Shown here one piece after another: positions 1 to 7,310 of a stretch of DNA of 32,000 nucleotides. The DNA comes from Pseudodesulfovibrio piezophilus C1TLV30 (lineage in GTDB: Bacteria; Desulfobacterota; Desulfovibrionia; Desulfovibrionales; Desulfovibrionaceae): contig NC_020409.1 in the NCBI RefSeq assembly GCF_000341895.1, positions 1,650,001 to 1,682,000 of the forward strand, given 5' to 3'. The position numbers were made by a program, and so were the translations under genes. The stretch's first letter is position 1, and every line of letters begins with the position of its first letter. The notes beneath the pieces are model-generated. The model worked only from the letters and a program-made list of their open reading frames with translations. It was not told the origin of the DNA and did no database searches.

Positions 1-1
1 C

Positions 2-298
2 AAGGCAACAGCCATACCCACCCTCATAAACAGGCTCAAAAAACTTCCTGTGGGACATGCCATAGACCTGCGCACATATAAACGCAACCGTTCCGTCGTC
101 ATCGCCCGCACCGGGGATGACGAATATGAAGTGGTGGAAAAAGGATTTGCCGATGAACGCTTTTCCACTTCCCTAGGCAGGATGAAGAAGCTCCTCGGAA
201 TCCTTCTGAAAAGGGAATTTCCCAGATCAACAAAAATCCGGCTTTATGATCTCGGACACAGTGATGCCGATAACCATATAAACCGCAAAAAGATATGA
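2..298 (+). CDS. Small hypothetical protein, paralogue A. The 5' end lies outside the window.
   Basis: The frame is open from position 2 with no stop before the track's GTG at 50. Residues upstream of that GVG (KATAIPTLINRLKKLP) align with the N-terminus of the downstream paralogue, so the real start is left of the window. Shared motifs are KRxRSVVI, EKGF and LLKREFPRSxKIR. I recognise no family. Confidence 0.55.
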   Translation, partial: KATAIPTLINRLKKLPVGHAIDLRTYKRNRSVVIARTGDDEYEVVEKGFADERFSTSLGRMKKLLGILLKREFPRSTKIRLYDLGHSDADNHINRKKI

Positions 299-570
299 TC
301 GACAAGGCCGGAGCCGTTCCTTCCATAGTCACCAGAGTCAAACAACTTCCCATAGGAAGTAGTCTTGACCTGCTCACCTTCAAGAGGGACCGATCCGTTG
401 TCATTTTTCATGCAGAGGAAGACCGTTATTTGATAACGGAAAAAGGTTTCGAACGCCACACGTTCGAAACCGACATCAAGGGACTGCGTAAACTGCTCAA
501 AACACTTTTGAAGCGGGAATTTCCACGGAGCAACAAGATTCGTGTCCGTGAAGTCCTGACCGGGCAATGA
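295..570 (+). CDS. Small hypothetical protein, paralogue B (91 aa)
   Basis: ATG at 295 overlaps the upstream stop (ATGA, 295-298). By hand, 38 of 78 ungapped aligned positions are identical to paralogue A. The conserved KREFPRS block uses different codons in the two copies, which fits selection on the protein. I recognise no family. Confidence 0.6.
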   Translation: MIDKAGAVPSIVTRVKQLPIGSSLDLLTFKRDRSVVIFHAEEDRYLITEKGFERHTFETDIKGLRKLLKTLLKREFPRSNKIRVREVLTGQ

Positions 571-595
571 AAGACAGGAGACAGAAACCCGTATC

Positions 596-961
596 TCAGT
601 CTTCTGCTACTTCCCGACCATTCTTGATCTGATTCAGCATTTCAATGACCCACTCAGGGTCCTGAAAAACTGCCCTTCTTACGGATTCAGAAACTTTTCC
701 ACACATAGCCATCAACAGTTCCGGGTTATCACCCAATTCTTCTGCCAAAGCCACCATCTTCTTTTCTGACAACGATGCCGGTTCGCCGCGCTCGATCTTG
801 CTCAGGTAGGAATGGTGAATGCCGATGCGTTGAGCAACTTTCCTTATTGAATATTCCGGGTCATTTTCACGCAGAGCCTCCCTCTTCGATCTTATATAGT
901 CACCAAAAAGCTTGCTCACATTCTCCTCGCCAATTATGCTTAACGGTTTGATTTCCGTCAC
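596..961 (-). CDS. XRE-family helix-turn-helix transcriptional regulator
   Basis: Typical Cro/C1-type HTH segment: SIRKVAQRIGIHHSYLSKIERGEPASLS. The longest ORF starts at GTG 961 with no SD. An internal GTG at 919 is preceded by GAGGAG (923-928) and may be the real start, giving about 107 aa. Confidence 0.8.
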   Translation of the reverse strand: MTEIKPLSIIGEENVSKLFGDYIRSKREALRENDPEYSIRKVAQRIGIHHSYLSKIERGEPASLSEKKMVALAEELGDNPELLMAMCGKVSESVRRAVFQDPEWVIEMLNQIKNGREVAED

Positions 962-971
962 AATATTGTCT

Positions 972-1001
972 ACTATACAGTAGCCAACAACCTACTGACA
1001 A
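972..1001 (-). promoter_or_regulatory. Candidate sigma70 promoter of the XRE gene, with overlapping inverted repeats
   Basis: On the minus strand: TTGTCA (1001-996), an 18-nt spacer, then TATAGT (977-972). Inverted repeats CTACT-N4-AGTAG (970-983) and CAGTAG-N8-CTACTG (978-997) overlap the -10 and spacer. Confidence 0.35.
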
Positions 1002-1134
1002 GATTGAACAAGTCACAACCTTTTATAAATTTCAGTTTCTCAACTTTTTACCAATTTCAGATCTATCCCTGGCAAGATTACTCACAGGTAAACTAGAAGG
1101 GATGATTGCCTTTTCCACAGGGGCACCCTAAAAA

Positions 1135-1902
1135 TCATTTCACCTCTGAAGGAGGACGATAATCCACAAGCTCAAGTGTGAAGTGTCCGACTTTGACCTT
1201 AGACCGAACTTTGACGGGAATACGTCGACTGTCAGCAGAAAACCAGACGACCAATTCCGCATCACGGCTTTTTTTAAACACCCCGGATAAATGTTTCACG
1301 TCGAGATTGACTTTGAAAGCCTGAATAATGCCCATAGGGGTCTTCACGTTTTCAACACCCTGAACAAAAGCTTCTCCCATTACGGTCTTCTTTCCATCTG
1401 AAACATCCATGCCAAAGCGCATGGTCTTGTAGAGGATCCGCTTGCGAAAGCTGAAGAGAATCGACAGGGGATCAAAGACATGCGCCGGTTGGTCAAGAGT
1501 ATGCTGCAAGAGCCCTTTCACATATCGCCGAGATTGATTCCTGTCCTTGTCAAAAATCAAATCCACCTTTTTATGGTAAGTCCCCTCGTTCTGATCTTTC
1601 TTGAAGCGCAGGGCATAGTTGACGTCTTTATCCGTCCAGGCCTCCATCGTGTCACGAACCTTGTAAATGGAATCCACCCACGGCACTGTGGATGCAGTTG
1701 CTTTAAAATGCCGGGCAGGCACTCCGTTCATTTCCGTATCTGGGAGCACTTCCAAAACAGCATCACCGGCATGGATGAAGGTCCAATGGATTTCATAGGT
1801 CAACCTTTCACCTGGACTAAAAGGGAGCACTGTCCCGGCGTAGGAGGTCCCTCCGAATATCAACAGGCCTATCAAGTTCAACATGAGTATTTGTTTTGTC
1901 AT
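1135..1902 (-). CDS. Secreted DUF3108-like protein
   Basis: N-terminal signal peptide (MTKQILMLNLIGLLIFGGTSYAG). The opening block GERLTYEIHWTFIHAGDAVLEV and the overall length match my memory of DUF3108 proteins. Confidence 0.7.
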   Translation of the reverse strand: MTKQILMLNLIGLLIFGGTSYAGTVLPFSPGERLTYEIHWTFIHAGDAVLEVLPDTEMNGVPARHFKATASTVPWVDSIYKVRDTMEAWTDKDVNYALRFKKDQNEGTYHKKVDLIFDKDRNQSRRYVKGLLQHTLDQPAHVFDPLSILFSFRKRILYKTMRFGMDVSDGKKTVMGEAFVQGVENVKTPMGIIQAFKVNLDVKHLSGVFKKSRDAELVVWFSADSRRIPVKVRSKVKVGHFTLELVDYRPPSEVK

Positions 1903-2218
1903 ACCCTACTCATTCAGTCGCATTTCCCGGCAAGTCAAGCCATGGCATGGGTTCATACAAGAATGAAGCTTCACTTCAATGGGCACAGACCATGCTTCAT
2001 ATGAATTCCTTTTCGGTATTTCCTCCACAAGCAGACTATGCTGCTGTACACAATCATTCGATTCTTCCGTCTCGCAAAGACGCCAAAATTTCAGTTCAGA
2101 AAATGCGAGCCTGTCGTCCTTCGCTTGTCTGTGGACAAATAAAGTCGGAGAAGTTAAAGAAGAATTGAAAAGAAAAACACAACTTTCAGACGGCTCTATT
2201 CCAAGGAGATATTCGCCT

Positions 2219-2704
2219 ATGATGCTGAGAAAGCGCGCCTGGGACATGATGCGCGATGAGTTCCCCACCGTACAGGACGATGCAAGTCTGGCCGAAGCCA
2301 TTCGTGTCATGCGACAAAGCATGGTTGACACCCCGGATTCCCAGGTGGTTGTGGTCAAGAATAAAAACGGCAAGCTGGTCGGGGCCATCAACCTCTGGAA
2401 ACTTTTCAAAGCGGTCAAGCAATCCGTGCTCAAGGACGAGAATCTCAAGTCCGATGGCAAAGTCGATTGGGATCAACAATTCGCGAATGCATGCCTGATT
2501 TGCACGCAACTCAGGCTTGACGACTATCTGATAAAAAATCCCCCGATCCTCAAACCCAATGAACCCATACTTTTGGTCCTTGACACGTTTCTCAAGTCAC
2601 GTCGGGACTGGGCACTGGTTGTCGAAGGGGATAGGGTCATGGGCGTGGTCTACGTCACCGATGTCTATCGCGAAATGACCAGAGACATGGTGCAGATTTT
2701 CTAA
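2219..2704 (+). CDS. CBS-pair domain protein (about 162 aa)
   Basis: Two CBS-like repeats (VVVVKNKNGKLVGAINLWKL and ALVVEGDRVMGVVYVTDVYREM). I chose ATG 2219 because AAGGAG (2203-2208) lies about 10 nt upstream. The track's 1979 start adds 80 low-complexity residues. Confidence 0.8.
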   Translation: MMLRKRAWDMMRDEFPTVQDDASLAEAIRVMRQSMVDTPDSQVVVVKNKNGKLVGAINLWKLFKAVKQSVLKDENLKSDGKVDWDQQFANACLICTQLRLDDYLIKNPPILKPNEPILLVLDTFLKSRRDWALVVEGDRVMGVVYVTDVYREMTRDMVQIF

Positions 2705-2720
2705 GGCTCAGGACTCTCAA

Positions 2721-2762
2721 CAAGCAAAAGCCCCGCTTCATATGAAACGGGGCTTTTGCTTG
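2721..2762. terminator. Bidirectional intrinsic terminator between the convergent CBS and HD-GYP genes
   Basis: Perfect 15-bp stem: caagcaaaagccccg (2721-2735) pairs with cggggcttttgcttg (2748-2762), with a 12-nt loop. The GC core is flanked by A-rich and T-rich arms, so it reads as a terminator on both strands. Confidence 0.75.
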
Positions 2763-2780
2763 TGAGAGGAAAGGACAGAC

Positions 2781-3788
2781 TCAGACCTTCATTTTCATGT
2801 CGATCAAGAGTAAATTCTGCAATGCGGAAGTAATTTCCTTGTCATACCTGACATCATTGGCAAGCTCGGCGGCAGCCTTCACGAATGACTTGGCCTCTGC
2901 ATAGGGATGTTTGGCAATCATGGCACAAAAGGAATCAACCACGGCGCACAACCTTCCAGGAAATTCCTGACTGGATGACTTGAGAGGATAGCCGGAACCG
3001 TTGACCCGTTCATGGTGCTCGGTCACGCACTGTTCCACCTCAGCATATTTGAGATTGAGTTTGGTCAGCATTTCATAACCGGTTTTGGTATGAGCATTGA
3101 TCTTGGTCCGCTCATCTCCGGTCAGAGGCTTGTCCTTGTCACGAATAAAAGCGGGGACTTTGGCCATCCCCATATCATGCAGAAACAATCCTGCTGCCAT
3201 ACGATCAAACGTCTTGCGCTTGACTGCATCCTGGAACCCTTTCTCCTTGATCTTGGCCCACAAGGCGATGCCGAGAAAACCGCAATTCAAACTGTGGTTC
3301 TCCAGAGAATGTTCCGTATGCAACCGCCTGACCAATGCCCTGGCTCGACTGATGTCGTCATAGAGATATTCCGTGAGTACCATCAAATCCACCCACAACT
3401 TCTCAAAAACAGCGGGAACCGGTTGATCAAAGAATTCGGCAAGCCGTCTGGTCAACGCCTGGGTAAAGATATCGGCTATCTCCTTTTCCTTGAGATTCCT
3501 GTCCACAAGAACCAGATCAAGCTGATAACTGATATGCTTGACATAGACAGGATGATCGTCACGGGACACAAAAATAAGCCCGTGATCGGTCATGGATGCC
3601 AATTCCTCTACCTGTTCATTGGTCAGCCGTCCGCCCACCTTGAAATACGGCATGATGCGGGCAACGTCTTCCTTGAAGCTGAAGATGTTCAGCGGAGGAC
3701 GGTACTTATTGAAGCTGCCAAGGATATCCTTGCTGATCTGGTAGTATTCCTCGTTCAATCCGTCAGGTATGTCGTGCTTCTGACTCAT
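2781..3788 (-). CDS. HD-GYP domain phosphodiesterase (candidate c-di-GMP phosphodiesterase) with an uncharacterised N-terminal domain
   Basis: HD motif (LFLHDMGMAK) and the HD-GYP signature HHERVNGSGYP are both present. ATG at 3788-3786 overlaps the pyk stop by 1 nt (TGATG). The track's start at 3791 is a TTG one codon upstream. Confidence 0.85.
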   Translation of the reverse strand: MSQKHDIPDGLNEEYYQISKDILGSFNKYRPPLNIFSFKEDVARIMPYFKVGGRLTNEQVEELASMTDHGLIFVSRDDHPVYVKHISYQLDLVLVDRNLKEKEIADIFTQALTRRLAEFFDQPVPAVFEKLWVDLMVLTEYLYDDISRARALVRRLHTEHSLENHSLNCGFLGIALWAKIKEKGFQDAVKRKTFDRMAAGLFLHDMGMAKVPAFIRDKDKPLTGDERTKINAHTKTGYEMLTKLNLKYAEVEQCVTEHHERVNGSGYPLKSSSQEFPGRLCAVVDSFCAMIAKHPYAEAKSFVKAAAELANDVRYDKEITSALQNLLLIDMKMKV

Positions 3789-5230
3789 CAACTCACTTCT
3801 TTGGCTAACTTTTCATACAGCTTGACCACATTGGTCTGAGTCACGGTCTTTCCCTTCTCCGGCTGCCCCGCTGTCAGGATGACAATATCACCTTCCACAA
3901 AATCCGGGGACTGGCGCACAAAGATCTCAGCCCGTTCCTGATGATCATCTATAACGTCCAATGGTACGGCAGGGATAACTCCCAATGACAGATTTGTGAA
4001 GTGCCGTACAGTGGAATCCGAACTCAACGCGTAAATCGACTGTGTCGGGCGACATGAGGAAAGTATCCGCGTGGTCGCCCCGGATGTGGAATGGCAAACA
4101 ATGGCCTTGGCATCGGTTTTGGCAGCCAACATGGCGGCTGCATGGGCCAAAAAGGTTGAAGGATGTTCTCTGACCCCTTCGACCGCAACATTCCCGACAT
4201 TGGCTTCAAACATGTACCGTTCTATCTCATAGGCAATCTTACGCATAAATCGAACCGCTTCGAAAGGATACTGTCCAACTGCGGTTTCTTCCGAAAGCAT
4301 CACGCAATCAGCACCATCCAGAATGGCGTTGGCCACATCCGTAGTTTCAGCACGTGTGGCCATGGGTGAATTAACCATGGACAACAGCATCTGAGTCGCC
4401 ACAATGACCGGCTTTCCGAGCGCATTGCAGGCTCGAATGATCCGTTTTTGTGCGGCCGGCAATTCCGCCAAGTCCAACTCGAGGCCAAGATCCCCCCTGG
4501 CAACCATGATCCCGTCCGCTTCCTCCAAAATCTCATCCAGGCATTCCAGAGCGGCCGTCCGCTCCAACTTGGCAATAATCGGAAGCTGCTTGCCGTACTG
4601 GACCATCTCAGCACGGAGGCTGCCGATATCCTCGCCCTTCTGTACAAAACTCATGGCGACCACATCAACACCAAGCTCCATGCCGATGGCGAGATCAGCC
4701 TTGTCCTTTTCGGTCAATGGAGCCAGAGGTGTTTTCATGCCAGGGAATGTGATTCCCTTCCTGGGCGGGCAAATACCGGAATTGGTGGCAACGAGACGAA
4801 TCAGATGTTTCTCCTCCACCTTGACCACCTTGAAGCGGATAACGCCATCTCCCAGAGCTACCGGGTCTCCTTCCTTGAGACTCTCGAATAACTCGGGGAT
4901 GTCCAGACAGATGAACGGTTCTCCGTCATCCTTGTATTGCTCCGTGGTGCCGAGGAGGACTTCTGTCCCCTTATTGACTTCGATGGCACCAAGCCCGACA
5001 TCACATGTTCTGATTTTCGGCCCGGAAAGATCCTGCAACACAGTGAGCGTCAACCCCGTCTCTTCCTCCAGGCGACGGATGATGGAAACCATCTTTTCAA
5101 AAAATTCGCGTCCGCCATGTGAGAAATTGAGCCGAAAGATCTTGGCACCGGACTCCACCAGTTCCCTGACAGCCTCGTAACTTTCCGTTCCGGGCCCCAG
5201 AGTCGCTATGATTTTTATGTGTCTGTCCAT
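3788..5230 (-). CDS. pyk: Pyruvate kinase
   Basis: 480 aa. Motifs: KIIATLGP, FRLNFSHG, MVARGDLG. SD AAGGGGGA lies upstream of ATG 5230. Confidence 0.95.
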   Translation of the reverse strand: MDRHIKIIATLGPGTESYEAVRELVESGAKIFRLNFSHGGREFFEKMVSIIRRLEEETGLTLTVLQDLSGPKIRTCDVGLGAIEVNKGTEVLLGTTEQYKDDGEPFICLDIPELFESLKEGDPVALGDGVIRFKVVKVEEKHLIRLVATNSGICPPRKGITFPGMKTPLAPLTEKDKADLAIGMELGVDVVAMSFVQKGEDIGSLRAEMVQYGKQLPIIAKLERTAALECLDEILEEADGIMVARGDLGLELDLAELPAAQKRIIRACNALGKPVIVATQMLLSMVNSPMATRAETTDVANAILDGADCVMLSEETAVGQYPFEAVRFMRKIAYEIERYMFEANVGNVAVEGVREHPSTFLAHAAAMLAAKTDAKAIVCHSTSGATTRILSSCRPTQSIYALSSDSTVRHFTNLSLGVIPAVPLDVIDDHQERAEIFVRQSPDFVEGDIVILTAGQPEKGKTVTQTNVVKLYEKLAKEVS

Positions 5231-5492
5231 CGGGTTCCCCCTTTAATGGAATTGTACTGTTTGCCCGTATCAAGGCGTCTGCCTTGAACCTCTGAATATT
5301 TTTCACATTTATATGTTGAAATGACAAGGCCTTCCCAAACCCGACTCACAATATTTTGGCGAAAGTTTAGGCTTCTGGGAAGAAAAAAGCAATGATCCTC
5401 ACGTTTTTTTACTGTTCCAATTCATAATTAGCAGTTGACTTTCTCTCGAATTTCAAGCACCCGTGTAAAGAAGTGCCATACATTCCCAGAAA

Positions 5493-5531
5493 TGGGACAT
5501 AAAGTGGAACAAACAGACCACAACAGTGGAG
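5493..5531 (+). promoter_or_regulatory. Candidate MraZ operator: three same-strand TGGR repeats upstream of mraZ
   Basis: aaaTGGGAc (5493), aaaGTGGAAc (5504) and acaGTGGAGc (5526), spaced 12 and 22 nt apart, lie 20-60 nt upstream of the mraZ start. Confidence 0.3.
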
Positions 5532-5551
5532 CACGATTTTGCTCTGGGGAA

Positions 5552-6001
5552 ATGATGAAATTCAGAGGTCACGCACATAGAAGCCTGGACGACAAGGGGC
5601 GGATAGTTTTGCCGCCCGAGTTCAGGGACATGATTCGCTCCGGGGTTCCCGAAGCGATCATCGTGCTGACCATCTATGACAAACACGTCATCGGCATCAC
5701 CCCGGAACAATGGACCCTGCTGGAGAGTGAATTGGAGAAGGTCAAGACGCCCAGCAGAGCGCTCCAGAATACCATTCGCATCCTCTACTCCGGGTATACC
5801 GAAACGCCAGTAGGCAAGCAGGGGCGCATAGCCATTCCCGCGCACCTGCGCAAAAGCGGAAAGCTCGACAAGGATGTGGTGATACTGGGAGCCGGTCGTC
5901 GCTTTGAGATTTGGCCTGCGGATAGTTACGAACGCTTGCTCGACGAGGACTATGACGTGTCCGGAGAGTTGGCGGAAAACAACGTCAGCATGCCTTTCTG
6001 A
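5552..6001 (+). CDS. mraZ: Transcriptional regulator MraZ
   Basis: MMKFRGHAHRSLDDKGRIVLP followed by a second GRIAIP repeat gives the typical duplicated SpoVT/AbrB-like MraZ layout. GGGGA lies just upstream of ATG 5552. The track's 5435 start adds an unlikely 39 aa. Confidence 0.9.
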   Translation: MMKFRGHAHRSLDDKGRIVLPPEFRDMIRSGVPEAIIVLTIYDKHVIGITPEQWTLLESELEKVKTPSRALQNTIRILYSGYTETPVGKQGRIAIPAHLRKSGKLDKDVVILGAGRRFEIWPADSYERLLDEDYDVSGELAENNVSMPF

Positions 6002-6981
6002 TGAGTATGGGCAAAGTGGACCCGGCGTCCATTCACACAACCGTTCTTTTACATGAAGTGATTGAGTGGCTCAAACCCACCCCCGGCGGCCGTTACATGG
6101 ACGGAACCTTGGGAATGGGCGGGCACAGTCTGGCGCTGATGCAGGCGGCAGATGGCAAGGCTGAGCTTTTGGGGCTCGACAGGGATCAAACGGCATTGGG
6201 ACACGCGACTGCGCGACTTGAGGAATTCGCCGACCGCACACACCTGTTCCACCTGCCCTTTTCCCGATTTGAGGAAGCCCTGGATGAACTCGGCTGGGAA
6301 GGAATCGACGGCGCGGTCCTGGACCTCGGCGTCTCATCCATGCAGCTCGATGAAGCGGACCGAGGATTCAGCTTCATCAATGACGGGCCGCTCGACATGC
6401 GTATGAACCCGGAACACGGTCAATCAGCCGCTGACCTGGTAAACACGCTCAAGCATGGAGATTTGGCGCGGATCATTCGAACATGGGGTGAGGACCCTCT
6501 GGCCGGAAAAATCGCGTCTGCAATACTGAGAGCACGGGAGAAAGAAGCGATAACGAGGACGCTTCAACTGGCTGAAATAGTGCGACTTGCCTACCCGCCG
6601 AAAATGCGGCATGCGGCGCGCAATCATCCGGCCACCCGGACCTTTCAGGGACTGCGCATAGCAGTCAACAGGGAAACTGAGGAACTCGAGTACTACCTTA
6701 AAACCATAGTCGACCGTCTGAATCCAGGCGCAAGATTGGCGATCATTTCATTTCATTCCCTGGAGGACAGGGCTGTGAAACACTCCTTTCGGGACGCGGC
6801 AAAAGGGTGCAAATGCCCTTCGCATCAACTTCACTGCACATGTGATGGAGTTCCCGCAGTAAAGGTCTTGACGAAAAAACCGCTGATCCCGTCCGAGGAA
6901 GAGATGCAAGTGAACTCACGCAGCCGCAGTGCCAAGCTCCGCGTCTGCGAAAAGCTCACCGCCGATGGAGAGGAAGTATGA
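6001..6981 (+). CDS. rsmH: 16S rRNA (cytosine1402-N4)-methyltransferase RsmH
   Basis: Motifs: DGTLGMGGHS, DLGVSSMQLD, SFHSLEDR. TGATG overlap with mraZ. Confidence 0.95.
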   Translation: MSMGKVDPASIHTTVLLHEVIEWLKPTPGGRYMDGTLGMGGHSLALMQAADGKAELLGLDRDQTALGHATARLEEFADRTHLFHLPFSRFEEALDELGWEGIDGAVLDLGVSSMQLDEADRGFSFINDGPLDMRMNPEHGQSAADLVNTLKHGDLARIIRTWGEDPLAGKIASAILRAREKEAITRTLQLAEIVRLAYPPKMRHAARNHPATRTFQGLRIAVNRETEELEYYLKTIVDRLNPGARLAIISFHSLEDRAVKHSFRDAAKGCKCPSHQLHCTCDGVPAVKVLTKKPLIPSEEEMQVNSRSRSAKLRVCEKLTADGEEV

Positions 6982-7262
6982 GCCAAGCCGATAAAACGCT
7001 CCTGTGGATGATCCTCACCCTACTGGGTGCGGCTCTCACCCTTGGATTGGGAGCAGTGTGGTTAAACATCGAACGCATGGACGTGGCATACGATCTGCGC
7101 AAGATGGAAAAGAGCCTGGGCCAGAAAGAGGATCTGGCGGTAAAACTCACGGTTGAGAGGAACAACCTGATTTCGCCATACCAGCTCAAGCGACTCGCAG
7201 GCCGACTCGGTCTGGGCGTCGCAGCGCCGGGACAAATACGACGCATAGCCGACACGCGGTAA
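6978..7262 (+). CDS. ftsL: Cell division protein FtsL
   Basis: 94 aa with a single N-terminal transmembrane helix followed by a coiled-coil-like segment. It occupies the canonical position between rsmH and ftsI. ATGA overlap with rsmH. Confidence 0.75.
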   Translation: MSQADKTLLWMILTLLGAALTLGLGAVWLNIERMDVAYDLRKMEKSLGQKEDLAVKLTVERNNLISPYQLKRLAGRLGLGVAAPGQIRRIADTR

Positions 7263-7310
7263 CACGGCGTCTGATAGTATCAGCGTCTTAAGTGGGATAA
7301 CAGGGACCAA

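Noticed and set aside
970-990. A TACTGTATA half-site resembling an E. coli-type LexA (SOS) box in the XRE promoter.
   Set aside because: The right half (ACAG at the correct spacing) is missing. The sequence is better described as its own CTACT/AGTAG palindrome.
1979-2218. An 80-codon N-terminal extension of the CBS protein ORF.
   Set aside because: The extension is Ser/Cys-rich and looks like nothing I know. A good AAGGAG precedes the internal ATG at 2219, where the CBS-pair homology begins.
1903-2218. Possible c-di-GMP (GEMM-type) riboswitch in the long leader of the CBS gene, given the neighbouring HD-GYP gene.
   Set aside because: Only isolated fragments (GGCAAG, CGCAAAG) occur, about 140 nt apart. 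That is far from the compact consensus architecture.
1994-2746. The 12-mer gcttcatatgaa, containing the 10-bp palindrome TTCATATGAA, occurs both upstream (1994-2005) and downstream (2735-2746) of the CBS gene.
   Set aside because: By rough expectation, tens of chance 12-mer repeats are expected among all pairs in a 32-kb window. The second copy is simply the loop of the terminator hairpin.
5435-5551. Upstream in-frame extension of mraZ (track start 5435, and ATG 5492).
   Set aside because: MraZ proteins start within a few residues of the FRG...LD.KGR motif. Neither upstream start has an SD. The region is better explained as promoter or operator DNA.
7271-7283. A perfect palindrome CTGATAgTATCAG in the ftsL-ftsI spacer.
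   Set aside because: Palindromes with 6-bp arms are expected several times by chance in 32 kb. The 1-nt centre cannot form an RNA hairpin. I know of no regulator motif that matches it.
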